DNA from: Candidatus Multivoradales bacterium
GTDB lineage: Bacteria > Acidobacteriota > Thermoanaerobaculia > Multivoradales > J023
Assembly (NCBI GenBank): GCA_965248925.1
Contig: CBDFLE010000005.1
Span: 1,696,001-1,760,000 of the forward strand
Length of the DNA stretch: 64,000 nucleotides
Reading direction: 5' to 3'
Shown here: piece by piece, positions 30,986 to 42,200 of the stretch
How positions within the stretch are numbered: position 1 is the stretch's first letter
How the letters are laid out: every line of letters starts with the position of its first letter
Translations under genes and position numbers: made by a program
The notes under the pieces: generated by a model
Told to the model about the DNA's origin: nothing
The model's input: the letters and a program-made list of their open reading frames with translations, nothing else
The model's database searches: none

Positions 30986-31726
30986 ATGCGTCGGAGAATC
31001 CTCGCTACTGCCCTCTCAACCATGTTGATGTTGCTACCCATGAGCACCGCGTTGGCAGCCGGCACTGCCAGCCGTGGCTTCGACATCCAACCCAGTACTT
31101 GTCCTGCGCCAGATGCCGATATCGTTCCGGTCGAGAAAAAACTGGCCCGCCTGCTGGCCACACCCTTCGTGCCTCTGACCCAGGAAAACGTCGCCGAGAC
31201 CACCGATGCGGTGCTCGGCGCCGACATCCTGACCAACGAGCAAACCGTGATCATTCAGTCCTATCAGGACTACATGTTTGGCAGCCTGTCGGCCGATAGT
31301 CGCGACGTCATGGACGCCTTCCAACAAGAGGCCGAGATGCTCGGTGTGCTACCGCACGAGATCGACGAGCGCTCCGCGGAATTCCAGATCCCCCTCACCG
31401 ATCCGCGCTGGGGTGCCTTTGAGATCGAAGCCCAGACCCTATTTGAGTCCCTACCAGCGACTCGCCAAGCCAACGAGCAGAGCCGTTTCTTCATCTTCGG
31501 AGCGGTCACTATCCTCGCCATCATTGCCTGTGACTTCAAAATTCAGGCCTGCGCCACCGATGTGGCCGATGCCCTGGAAGATTGCGTCGAAGGGCGTCTC
31601 TGCGACGACGATGAATGCGTTGACAAAGATTGCTGTGCTTCAAAAGCCGCCAACGACATCAAGAATTGCCTCATCACCTGCGGTCTGAACGGCCCCGACG
31701 GCGACTATAAGAACTGCTGCGAGTAG
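30986..31726 (+). CDS. Secreted protein with Cys-rich C-terminal domain (246 aa)
   Basis: TAAGGAG RBS; signal peptide MRRRILA...ALA; 11 Cys in the last ~67 aa. Confidence 0.8.
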   Translation: MRRRILATALSTMLMLLPMSTALAAGTASRGFDIQPSTCPAPDADIVPVEKKLARLLATPFVPLTQENVAETTDAVLGADILTNEQTVIIQSYQDYMFGSLSADSRDVMDAFQQEAEMLGVLPHEIDERSAEFQIPLTDPRWGAFEIEAQTLFESLPATRQANEQSRFFIFGAVTILAIIACDFKIQACATDVADALEDCVEGRLCDDDECVDKDCCASKAANDIKNCLITCGLNGPDGDYKNCCE

Positions 31727-31900
31727 CCTACCTACAGCAACATCCAAGCCCCCGAAGCGACTCACTCAGCTTCTGAGAAACGCCCCTTCGGGGAACCCAT
31801 TCACACCCTGCGAGGCTCTGCCAGCAGGGTGTTTCTGCCTCAGCTGCTCCCACCAACCCAAGCGTCGACAAAACGGCATGAGTCGGCAACGTCCCCTCCC

Positions 31901-31942
31901 CGAAGAGGCTGGCACAACAGCTACAGCCACAGGCACCTCGTT
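31901..31942 (+). repeat. Degenerate or split copy of the 21-bp repeat
   Basis: CGAAGAGGCTGGCAC matches 30826-30840 at 14/15; GGCACCTCGTT follows at 31932-31942. Confidence 0.55.
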
Positions 31943-31971
31943 GCTCGTTTGGGTCATAGGGCGCTCGGCAG

Positions 31972-32346
31972 CTAGATCAACCGGAGCTTGGTGTGCGCCG
32001 TGAAATGTCGAAAGTCCGCGTCGCGGGTGATCAGGGGCGTTTGGTGATCGATACAGCTTTGCGAGATCAACGTGTCGGCTAGCCGCGCCTTGAGACGCTT
32101 GCTGAGCAGGCGAGAACGAATTGCCGCGGCACGCTCCCAGAATCCTGGCCGAATCTGGAGCACGGGCAGCTCCCGAACCCAACGCCCGACCCGCAGATCA
32201 AGTGTTGGGTTGGAGAGGAGCTCGGTCAGCACTACAGGCGGTAGGACCGCCTGCTGCATTTCCAGAGCTGCATCCACGGCCTCGACGTCCAACCCGCGCT
32301 CATCGCCGAGGAAGGCGATGAAGGAGCTGGTGTCGATGGCGATCAA
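31972..32346 (-). CDS. vapC: PIN-domain toxin (VapC)
   Basis: IAIDTSSFI, VLTELL, LADTLISQSC, LITRDADF; TTG start overlaps the antitoxin stop. Confidence 0.9.
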   Translation of the reverse strand: MIAIDTSSFIAFLGDERGLDVEAVDAALEMQQAVLPPVVLTELLSNPTLDLRVGRWVRELPVLQIRPGFWERAAAIRSRLLSKRLKARLADTLISQSCIDHQTPLITRDADFRHFTAHTKLRLI

Positions 32347-32549
32347 CGGCGGTCCTGACGCAACTCGGCAAGGTTGACTTGCAGATCTACCTTGCCGCGA
32401 AGCTCCCGCAAGCGCTTGTAGGCCTCGCCAGCCGCTACCAGCTGCAAACCCTGGCGGACGGTCTCGGTGATTCCCCGTCCCGTCGAGTCCCTCGCCTTGG
32501 CGAGCAGCTCTTCTGGAACGTGAACAGTGATCTTCTTGGCGCTCTGCAT
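32343..32549 (-). CDS. vapB: Antitoxin (VapB-like), probably leaderless
   Basis: 68 aa, KKITVHVPEELL (RHH-like), upstream of the PIN gene. TATACT -10 lies 6 nt before ATG; CCGTAA direct repeat in the promoter. Confidence 0.85.
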   Translation of the reverse strand: MQSAKKITVHVPEELLAKARDSTGRGITETVRQGLQLVAAGEAYKRLRELRGKVDLQVNLAELRQDRR

Positions 32550-32609
32550 TGATGCAGTATACCGTAACCTGTGCCGTAAACTGATATGGCACTTTCTCGA
32601 CCGAGCCAA

Positions 32610-32630
32610 AGAGGGTGGCATCTCGTTCGG
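32610..32630 (+). repeat. 21-bp direct repeat, copy 3
   Basis: AGAGGGTGGCATCTCGTTCGG; 20/21 identical to copy 2. Confidence 0.8.
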
Positions 32631-32716
32631 AGCTGACAAGAGCATCTCCAGCCGATAGGGTCGCTGGCACCGGTCAGCTATCAACCCAGGCCGGGTGAAA
32701 TTTTCAAGGGAACTCG

Positions 32717-33709
32717 ATGCAATACCGACTACTAGGCCGTACCGGGGTCAAAGTCTCGCCCTTGTGCTTTGGCACCATGTCCTTCGGTGGCGACGCCGAT
32801 GCCGCCACCTCGGCGGCGATGTTCGGCGCCTGCCGCGACGCCGGGATCAACTTCTTCGACTGCGCCGACGTCTACAGCGAGGGCCGCTCCGAGGAGATCC
32901 TCGGCCACTTGATCACCGACTGCCGCGACCAGATCGTGCTGACCTCAAAGGCCTACTTCCCGACTTCTAAAGACCCCAACGGCGGCGGGCTGAGCGCCTA
33001 TCATCTGGTGCGGGCGGTGGAGGCCAGCCTGCGACGCCTCGGTACCGACCGTATCGACCTCTACTTTCTCCACCGCTTCGACGACGCCATGCCCCTCGAA
33101 GAAGCCTTGCGCGGCCTCGAATTGCTGGTGCAGCAGGGCAAGATCCTCTACCCCGCCGCCAGCAACTTCGCCGCCTGGCAGATCGCCAAGGGCTTGGGTA
33201 TCGCCGAGCGCCGTGGTTGGGCTCCCATGGCCTGCATCCAACCGATGTACAACCTGGTCAAGCGCCAAGCCGAAGTCGAGCTGCTGCCCCTGGCTCGGGC
33301 AGAAGGGCTGGGGGTGATCTCCTACAGCCCCTTGGGCGGCGGCCTGCTGACCGGCAAATACGCTGTCGACGCCCGCCCCGAGGCTGGCCGCTTAGTCGAC
33401 AACCAGATGTACACCCTGCGTTACGGCGCCGACAACAACTACCAGATCGCCCAGCGCTTCAGCGAACACGCCCGCCAGCTTGGTCACCACCCCGCCTCCC
33501 TGGCCATCGCCTGGACTGCCGCCCACCCGGCGATCACCGCCCCGATCCTCGGCGCCCGCAACCTCGAGCAACTGGTTCCGTGCTTGGCTGCGACAGAGAT
33601 CCAGCTCACCAAGGAAGAGTATGCCGAGATCAGCCGGCTCTCACCCAGCCCGCCACCGGCTACGGATCGCAATGACGAGGGAAGTATCGATTTCTACGGA
33701 CCACGGTGA
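32717..33709 (+). CDS. Aldo/keto reductase
   Basis: LCFGTM, FDCADVY, SLRRLGTDRIDLY, SNF, YSPLGGGLL. Confidence 0.95.
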   Translation: MQYRLLGRTGVKVSPLCFGTMSFGGDADAATSAAMFGACRDAGINFFDCADVYSEGRSEEILGHLITDCRDQIVLTSKAYFPTSKDPNGGGLSAYHLVRAVEASLRRLGTDRIDLYFLHRFDDAMPLEEALRGLELLVQQGKILYPAASNFAAWQIAKGLGIAERRGWAPMACIQPMYNLVKRQAEVELLPLARAEGLGVISYSPLGGGLLTGKYAVDARPEAGRLVDNQMYTLRYGADNNYQIAQRFSEHARQLGHHPASLAIAWTAAHPAITAPILGARNLEQLVPCLAATEIQLTKEEYAEISRLSPSPPPATDRNDEGSIDFYGPR

Positions 33710-33762
33710 CGTAGCTCTCCCGACATCGCCATACCGCCTCCCTGCTGCGAAAAAACACTAAG

Positions 33763-33796
33763 GCCGTCGAATCAGCATAAATGCTGATTCGACGGC
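33763..33796. terminator. Perfect 16-bp inverted repeat, probable terminator
   Basis: GCCGTCGAATCAGCAT-AA-ATGCTGATTCGACGGC downstream of the AKR gene. Confidence 0.65.
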
Positions 33797-34182
33797 TCCT
33801 CTCAGCGGTTTTCTAGAACTGAGCGCCACCTGAACCGTCTGAAGGTACCCATTCAAGCTATTACCAGAGCCTCCGTGCGGGACTGCGTGCCGACGAGCCA
33901 GCCAGATCGACGCTATCGCCGCTCTTCATCCGCCAACCGCTAACCCACCACATGGACGGTGAGCAAGACCCGTGGACGTTGAGGATCGGGCTCGATTTTC
34001 TTGCGTAGCGACACTACATGGACATCGACCGTGCGGTCGACACTCCCTGGCGATCGAGCCGCTGCCAGCTGGCCTGGCCGGCATCATCGATCTGCCGCAA
34101 GTAGGCATCTCGCCACAGCTGGTTGAGCAGTCGAACTTGGCCACGGCTCCAGGGTTTGGGCCAGCAGTGGCCGCCGCGGCCA

Positions 34183-34416
34183 TTAGGCGATCCAGGTCGA
34201 AGCCTGGATCAACGGCAGGTGCCAAGCAAAGATGGTGGCGTCGAACTCTTCGCGGAAGGCCTCGACGCTGGCTGCCAGATCGGCGCCACGGCGCTCGGCC
34301 TCGACGTCGTGCAACTGGCCGATCCAGCGGTATTGCAACCAACCGACGACCAGCAGCACCACCAGCAAGCCGGTGGCCGCCAGCCACAGCGCACTTTGAT
34401 TCAACAGCTTTCTCAC
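34183..34416 (-). pseudogene. N-terminal fragment of a membrane sensor histidine kinase
   Basis: TM plus LQYRWIGQL..AER..L typical of sensor kinase N-termini, then an early stop. Confidence 0.55.
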
Positions 34417-34581
34417 CCGACGGATTCTAGCCTGTCACTAGCCCCCGACTGGCCCAGCGCCAGCAAGCCTTACATTCTTAACAACTTCTTGCAGCGGCCT
34501 AACCACTTTCTCCGTCCAGCCACCTACCTTGCAGAGTGCCCGGCCACCGCCAGGCCCCAAACCTGAACTGGAGAACCGAGA

Positions 34582-35200
34582 ATGCCAAATCTCTTGAGCC
34601 GCACTGCCGCCTTCGCCTCCCTGATCTGCCCTCTGGCCCTCTTGATGCAGGCTCAGACCGCCGCCGAGCCGACCACCGCAGGGAGGGTGGAGTTCGACAT
34701 CGACTACGAGGACCTGGGAGCGCTCGGCGCCATGATGCCGAAAAAGCAGACCCTCTCCTTCCGCGCCGGCCAACGCCGTATCGAGATGGGCGGTTCGGTC
34801 ACTCTGATCGGCGTCGAACCCGGCAAGCAAATTCAACTGATGGACTTCGGGGGAAAGAAGGTCGCCTTTGTTCTTCCTGAGGAGTCCGACCTCGGAGCGG
34901 CAGCCAGCGATCTGCGCCGGGAGCAAACCGACCGCCGCGAGCTAGTCGCCGGGCTTTCGGCGCGGGCGGTCGACCTGGTCGATGTGCTCGATCCGAGCAA
35001 CCGCCTGCCGCTGCCGGTCACCGATCAGATCGCCACCACCAGCAGCCATCTGCACTCTGAACTAGAAGGCTTTGCCCTGGACTATTACCAGCCGATTCAG
35101 GACGGCTTGGGCCATTGGCGAGCCCAGCGAGCCGAGGCCGAGAAACTCGACCCGGCACTGTTCACCATTCCCGCCGACTATCAGCGTATCGAGCTCCCTG
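34582..35200 (+). CDS. Secreted DUF4412-like protein (3' end fused to unrelated fragments)
   Basis: Signal peptide; ends in DPALFTIPADYQRI. The ORF then reads through into off-frame ABC-ATPase sequence. End coordinate is approximate. Confidence 0.55.
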
Positions 35201-35560
35201 GCGGTGCGCAACCTGCTCGAACGGACCAATCTCTGGCATGTGCGCCAGTGCAAGCTGGGTACTTTCTCGGGCGGTATGCGACAGCGCTTCGGCATCGCCC
35301 AGGCGCTACTCGCCAAACCGCAGCTAGTGATCGTCGCCGAACCCACCAGCGGCCTCGATCCGGAGGAGCGGGCGCGCTTTTTCGATGCTCTGTCGGAAAT
35401 TGGCGACGGGGTGGTGGTGGTGCTGTCGACCCACATCGTCGACGATGTCGCCCAGCTGGCCTCGCGGCTGGCGATTCTCGACCGCGGCCAGCTGCTCTTT
35501 GTCGGCAGCCCGCAGCAAGCAGTGGCCGGAATCGAGGGCAAGATCTGGACTACGGTGGTA
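35200..35560 (+). pseudogene. C-terminal fragment of an ABC transporter ATPase
   Basis: FSGGMRQRFGIAQAL, EPTSGLDP and LSTHIVDD present; Walker A absent. Confidence 0.8.
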
Positions 35561-35569
35561 CAGCCGGCA

Positions 35570-36186
35570 CACCTTGGACGAGAGGCCGTTGTCGCGCATC
35601 CAAGGCGGCCAGCAGCACTTGCACTACAACAAGGGAGCGCTAGCGACCTGGGCCTTGGCCGACCGCATCGGCTACGAGCGAATGGGACGCGGCTCTGGCC
35701 GAATACTTGCGCCGCTACGCCGGCACCTCGGCCCCTTACCCCACCACCGCTGACTTCTTGAGGATACTGAAAACCCACGCTGAGCCACGGCACCACTCCT
35801 TGATCAACGATCTATTCGAACGCATCACGTTTGATGATCTGGAAACCCGCCAAGCCGACTGCCTGGACCTGCCCAACGGCCGTTTCCGAGTCACCCTGGA
35901 GGTGATCGCCAGCAAATCCTACGCCGATGGCGCCGGCAATCTGACCCTCGCGGGCCTCGAGCGGCCGATCGAGATCGGGGTCTTCGGTGAGAAGCGGGTG
36001 CTGCGCAAGAAAGTACCGAGGCAGCTGTCTCTTGAGCGCCACCAGCTGGCGAGCGGTCCGCAAACTTTTGAGATCGAGGTCGAATCGCGCCCTCAGCGAG
36101 CCGGCATCGACCCCTACTTCAAACAAATCGACCAGGATCCCTTCGACAATGTCCAAGAACTGAAATGCAAGCCGGCGCCATCGTAG
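35570..36186 (+). pseudogene. C-terminal fragment of an ABC-permease/M1 aminopeptidase fusion
   Basis: ERPL...HYNKG, PYPTT, LINDLFERIT, AGIDPY...ID...DN; frameshifted, N-terminal part missing. Confidence 0.75.
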
Positions 36187-36317
36187 CCCTGCCCTTGCTC
36201 CTCTACTGTCCCTTTGTGAGACACTGCTGGCGGTGAATAGCCAACAGAGTTCGGGCGTACCGGTAGCTAACCGCACCGATCTTGCCGACGAGGTTCAGTC
36301 CACGACAAGGAGACAAC

Positions 36318-36632
36318 ATGTACCTGAGCAACACCGAGACCATCCCTGGGAGGCAGACTGTCGAGTTCTACAGCATTGTCAGTGGCAGCACGGTGCGCGC
36401 CAAGCATGTCGGGCGCGACATCATGGCCGGGCTCAAGAACCTGGTCGGCGGCGAACTCAAGGGCTACACCGAGTTGCTGCAGGAGTCGCGCCGCGAAGCG
36501 GTGCAGCGGATGTGCCAACAAGCCGAGTCGTTGGGCGCCAACGCCATCGTCAATGTGCGCTATTCCACCAGCTCGGTTGCTCAGGGCGCCGCCGAGCTAT
36601 TCGCCTACGGCACTGCCGTGAAGGTGGAGTGA
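36318..36632 (+). CDS. YbjQ / UPF0145 family protein
   Basis: AGLKNLVGGELKGY, GANAIVNVRY, AYGTAV; AGGAG RBS. Confidence 0.93.
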   Translation: MYLSNTETIPGRQTVEFYSIVSGSTVRAKHVGRDIMAGLKNLVGGELKGYTELLQESRREAVQRMCQQAESLGANAIVNVRYSTSSVAQGAAELFAYGTAVKVE

Positions 36633-36633
36633 A

Positions 36634-37113
36634 ATGGAGACCACGAGTATCCTCCAGGCTTTCGCACCGCTGATCTTCAGCGTCCTCCTGTTGCTGGTCA
36701 CCTACCTGATCGGCAGCTCCCTAGAGCGTCGCCACTTCGCCGACCTACGCCGCCGCGAGGCAGCGAATAAGGGATTCCCGGTGATCAGTTTCGAGACTTT
36801 GCCAGACGGCTGGCAGATGGTCCGCGGCCATCTAGTGGCCGGCAGCGTGGTGATCTCGCTGGACTACTTCAAACGCTTCCTGGGAGCGGTCCGGGGCTTG
36901 ATCGGTGGCCGGATCAAGAGCTACGAACCCCTGCTCGACCGCGCCCGCCGCGAAGCTATGCTACGGATGATCGATCAAGCACGCTCCAAGGGCTACGACG
37001 CGGTGATTAACACCCGCCTCGAAACCTCCCGTCTGGCCACTGCGAGGGGCAACGGCAAAGGCACCGCGGGGGTCGAGATTCTCGTCTTTGGTACCGCTAT
37101 CAAGCGAGCTTGA
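36634..37113 (+). CDS. YbjQ / UPF0145 family protein with N-terminal TM
   Basis: DYFKRF, GGRIKSYE, RARREA, GTA. Confidence 0.9.
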   Translation: METTSILQAFAPLIFSVLLLLVTYLIGSSLERRHFADLRRREAANKGFPVISFETLPDGWQMVRGHLVAGSVVISLDYFKRFLGAVRGLIGGRIKSYEPLLDRARREAMLRMIDQARSKGYDAVINTRLETSRLATARGNGKGTAGVEILVFGTAIKRA

Positions 37114-37158
37114 GTTCGCGACTCAGATCGATGTGCCGAGCAGGCCAGGGACACTGTG

Positions 37159-38566
37159 CCCGCCAGTTGCATAGAAAACTCGCTCAATCTGGTGTAAACC
37201 ACTGAAAGCCAGCTGCTTACCTAAGAAACCGTCCTGGCGGTCAACTTTACCGCCAGTGAGGTTAGCCAACACCTCGTTGGAGCCTCTGGTAAACGTAAAA
37301 CGGCAGCCTTCATAGGGTATAATTGTGAAACAACAGAAACACACCAATTACCCACAGAGGGTCGCCGAGATGAAGCTTACCAGTAAATAGGTCCAGTGCC
37401 GAACCAGGACTCTGCCCCAGCTTCAGTTCGCTGACCAGAAGCTCACCTCGTTCTCGGGACTCATGCTCTTTCAGAGCTTGTTTCAGAAGCTTGACCTGCG
37501 GCATCGACTCCGTGCTTGTTTTCGCCATGCCGAAGCGAAACCCACCTACGACCGTGCCCTCTTGGTTCGCGGCCTGATTGTTCATTTCTTGTTGGGATTC
37601 TTGTTGGGATACAGGAAGTTGCGCGACATGGCTTTAATCGTGACGACCCCATGGTGCTGCGCTTGTTGGGTCTCAGCCGGTTGCCTGATGTCGCCACTCT
37701 CAGCCGCGCTCTGGCGCAGATCGATTCGCGGGCACCGGACCGCCTGCGTGAGCTTTGCCGAGATCTCGTCTTACGGCGGTCGGCTACAACCGCCGTAAGA
37801 AAGGCCAGAGGAGCTACTACCCGCTGTTCTGCACCGTTGCGCAGACTGGCCAGGTCTTCGACTTCCATCATCACCCTGGAATGTGCACGACTCCTACGGC
37901 GCCGAGACCTTCATCCGAGACTGTATCCGCAGGATCCGCAACGTCCTACCGGACGCGATCATCGAGATCCGCATGGACGGAGCTTTCTTCAGTGACGCGC
38001 TGATTTCCATGCTGGAGGAGTGTGGTGTGGAGTTCACCATCTCTGTGCCCTTCCCGCGATGGCTCGACCTCAAGAGCCGCGTCGAGAAGCGCCGCCGGTG
38101 GACTCGGGTCAACGACCAGGTTTTCGACTTCGAGTTCCGCTGGAAGCCGAAGAGCTGGAAGCGCCGCGCTCGGTTTCTCGCCATTCGATCCGCCAAGGCC
38201 GGGCAGCACAAAGAGCCGTTGCAATTGGACCTCTTCATCCCCCAGGTCTTTGGCAACGAATTCAAAGTGGTGGTGACGAATAAGGCTATCTCCGCGCGCC
38301 ACGCCGTCGCCTTCCGCGAAGGCAGAGGTGCCCAAGAAGCGATTTTCGGCGAGCTGAAGTCCGAGGGGCAGAGGGACTACATTCCGGCGCGCACGCTGCT
38401 CGGGAATCAGGTGTACCTGCTGGCAACGATCTTCGCCCACAACCTCAACCGCTAGGTGTCCTGACGCAGACTCTTGGGGTAAATCGGGCAATCAAGCATG
38501 AGTTTCTTAGCTACCTCGGAACGCTCGGAGCGGCCGCCTGAGGGGAGATCTTATGCAACGATCGGG
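37159..38566 (+). mobile_element. Degenerate IS1380-family insertion sequence
   Basis: Transposase pieces [30 protein letters not shown], with stops and frameshifts. Imperfect terminal IRs CCCGCCAGTTGCATA (37159-37173) and TATGCAACGATCGGG (38552-38566), 12/15. Confidence 0.85.
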
Positions 38567-38639
38567 TTTACTTGGATCTATGCGCTAGATCTGGGACTAG
38601 CGAGGCTGCCTGGCGGTTTCGACAAGCGCGGGAGATCCA

Positions 38640-38925
38640 GCGTCGTAGGTTTGGGCCATCGGCGATCGGGTGTGGCTGGATGCCGACGGGGATGGGGTCC
38701 AGGATCTCGGTGAACCGGGCCTGGCCAACGTCACGGCCGAGCTGTTCGATCCGGGCCTGGGCGGTATGGTGGGCGGCGGTGACGATGTGCTGGTGGCGAC
38801 GGCGACCACCGACGCCAACGGCAACTACCTATTCGACCACCTACTGGCCGGCGACTACTTCGTGGCGGTGGACGACACGACGTTGCCCACCGGTCTGACC
38901 ACCTCGCCCGGCACCACCTTCTGGT
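38640..38925 (+). pseudogene. Isolated SdrD B-like repeat fragment
   Basis: [19 protein letters not shown]...[14 protein letters not shown]; same repeat type as the downstream giant protein; no start context. Confidence 0.75.
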
Positions 38926-39280
38926 CAGCACCTTTCTGGTCGGAGAGAGCTTGGCAGAGCCCGTGGGAGCAACGGCCATGCAGAGGGCTGCGTGGAGTCG
39001 CTCCAACCTCGCCGGCTACTGCCAAGACCTCGAGGGCCTGTGACCCAGGCCACCGTGCCGAGAGCCTCGCCTCTGGGGGAATCTCCCGTCTGACACGAAG
39101 TTCAGAGAATGTCCTACAACCTTGCCACTAGCCGTCGCTCCATCGTCGCCTTTAAGATACAGGGGTAGGTCGCGCAGTCTCGGTCGACTGCCTGTCTACT
39201 TGTCTGCAACTTCTGCACTGATCCCCGCCAGGTAGGGCCTACCTTAACCCTCCTGTTTTCTTTTTCCAAGAGGTTTGGTG

Positions 39281-42200
39281 ATGTCTTCTAGTACATTGGT
39301 TTTCTTGCCGAGTGGTGGTTTCGCGCCCCGGTGCGCATCTCCTCGGGTCGGGCGTGGCGCACTTTTCCTGGCCATGGCTTTTTTGTTCCTGGTTCCCTTC
39401 GAGATCCAGGCGCAGCCCGCCCTCGAGGCGTCGATCAACGCCGGCTACAACTACGTGGTCGATTCGAACGTGCTGTCTCCCTCCACCTACGCTCCCTCGG
39501 TAGCCACGGTCATGGGAAGACTCTGCAATACGGGGACGGTTCCGCTGACGGATGTGTCGGGCTACATCGGCGACATGACCGCGGGGACGCCCGGCCTCTA
39601 CCCGACCCGGGACAGCTCCGCAGCTGCCTTCATCACCGAGCATCCTCATCTCGCCACCACCGGCCTCTACTCGCTCACCCATGTCGGAGGGAGCGCGGGG
39701 TTGGCGGATGCGACCCGCTATGTCGGCAGCCTGGATGTCGGTGAGTGTCGGACGCAGTATTGGCATATGACCTATCCGCGGCGGACCAACCCGGACAACA
39801 CGGGACCGGATCCGGTGTGGGGTCTCACCCGGGATCCCGACGACGACCTGTGGCTGACCTTTGACATCTGGGTCACCTCCACCGAAGGAGCATCGGCTTC
39901 CGCTACACACCGCGCCACCCTGCGCAACGAGATCTCCGCTAACGCCAACAAGATCGAGCCCAACGGCGGTATCTGGTTCAACGATCCCTCGATGGTCAAG
40001 CCCGGTGAGTTGTTGATCACCAACGGTTTCAACTATGACCTCGGGGTCATCAACAAGGGTTTCGACAACGATGGCGATCTCGACTTCGACTTCAACGCCT
40101 GGCTACAGCCGATCGGTGATCCCTCGTACGATCCCAGCTGCTACCGCCTGGTCAAGACCGAAGGGCAACTAGTCATCTCTCGGTCCGGGGGCAATCCGGA
40201 CACCATCATCGATTTCGTCGACCAACTCTACTTCACGGATCTTCCCGATGACAATAACGGCGGCCTCGGAGTCGTCAAATACACGTTCCTGGCCTTGAAC
40301 GGCCCCTGCGCGACCACCATCACTCCCTACCAGGAGGTGGCATCCGGTGCGGATAACGAGAAGTTCGCCGGCGATTTCGGAACAGAGGCACCCTCCTTGG
40401 AGAGCCTTCCGGCGGACGTGACCCTGGACAAGTCCGTGGACAAGAGTTCGGCGAACCTCGGCGAGACCCTGACCTATTCCATGGACATCGAGAACACCGG
40501 TGCGAGCGCCGTGGGCCAGCCCGACTTCGGAACCCCTCTGGTGGTTCGGGACTCGATTCCCTCCGGCACGAGTTATGTCGCCGCCTCGGCCAGCTTTGTC
40601 CTTGGCTTCAGTCCGAACGATGGCGTCCGAACGCTCTTCTCGACCGACGGCGGCACGATCTGGTCCTCCACCGAACCGGCGAATCCGGCTCTCGTCACAG
40701 ATCTCCAATGGTGGCTGAGAGATCCTCTACCTGCCGCTACCACCGGGACCTTTTCGTTTCAGGTGACGATCGACGCGGGATTCGGCGGCCTCTCGATTCC
40801 CAATACGGCCGGTCTCTCCTTCGCCAACGCCGGTCCGTTCGCCGAGGACTCGGCCTTGACCCTGATTTTGGGAACGAACACCATCGGTGACTTCATCTGG
40901 CGGGACCTCGATCAGGACGGCGTCCAGGACGGAGGTGCCGAGACCGCAATCTCCGACGTCACGGTCTCTCTCTATTTCGATGCCGACGGTGACGGCTTGA
41001 TCGGTCCCGGCGACCTGCTCATCGGTACTACCACCACGGCCGTCGACGGCTCCTACTCCTTCCCCGATCTTGTCGACGGTGACTTTGTCGTACAGGTCGA
41101 CAAGGCGGATCCGGACCTGGGGGTCGGCTGGGCGCTGACCACTGACGAGACGATCGCCGTAACCCTGGCCGGAGGCGACTTCCTCACCGCCGACTTCGGA
41201 TTCTCGCCGATCCTGGCTCTCACCAAGACCCTTACCTCCGCCTCGCCGGCCACCGAGGGCGAGCTCGTCACTTATGACATCCAGCTGACCAATCTGCTCG
41301 AAGAAGGCGGGGCTGGCGGGGAGTGTGTCTATACCGAATGGGCGAATGACGAAAATGGAAGCGGATTCAACAATCCCACGAATGCATTAGGTGCTCCGGA
41401 TGGGCAGTACGCGGACACGACGTCAACCAACATCCCCTTTCTGGGAGGAGCCTTTAACTTCGTTCCAGCGGATTTGAGTGAGGAGATAGTCAAGGTCGAG
41501 GTATTGGCGTGGGCCTATGTCGATTTCTCCTCCCCGCCCCTGGGCGACCTAAGTATCACCCTCCAACAGTGGTATAATCAGATGCCCGGTACCGTGTTCG
41601 AAATATTCACTTCCTTCACCACTCCCAGCTCCAACGACTACATTGGCAGCGCCAATGCTGGCCTCCTGGTCTTGGACGCCACCTCCGCTAGAACCTGGTC
41701 TCAGTCGGATCTCAACACACCCTCCGTGACCTTGGGGCACTCCAGTATCATTAGGTTTTCTTACTCAGGAGGGGGAGGCGAAACGGCCACTTTCTTTGTC
41801 GATGCGCTCGGAGTGAGGGTAACGACTCAATGTAGCGGTCCGCTCGGAGGTGTCATTCAACCCTTGCCACTGGCCGATACCTACAACGCGGATCTGCTGG
41901 AATTCGTCTCCGCGGTGCCGCCGGTGAGCAGTGTGACCACGGGGGGGGCGACGCCCTACACCAACACCGGTGCCCTCTCGTGGGCTGACGTAGGCCCTCT
42001 CCCGGGGCTGACCTCGAGTTCGGTAACGGTGACTTTTCGGGCGCTTGAGCCTCCGGACACCGATGCCGACGGCGAGAATGACCCGGCCTTCCTGCCCAAC
42101 GATGCCCTAGCGACTGGCGCCTTCCTCGTGGACGGTACGCCGGTCAACGAAGCGAGCGACGACGCTGATACCACCGTCAACCCGAGAGGTACCTTCTCGG

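Noticed and set aside
30681-32630. The 21-bp repeats as a CRISPR array, attC sites or sigma-54 promoters
   Set aside because: Spacing is irregular and up to 1 kb, there are no cas genes, there is no attC palindrome, and GG-N10-GC spacing is not met.
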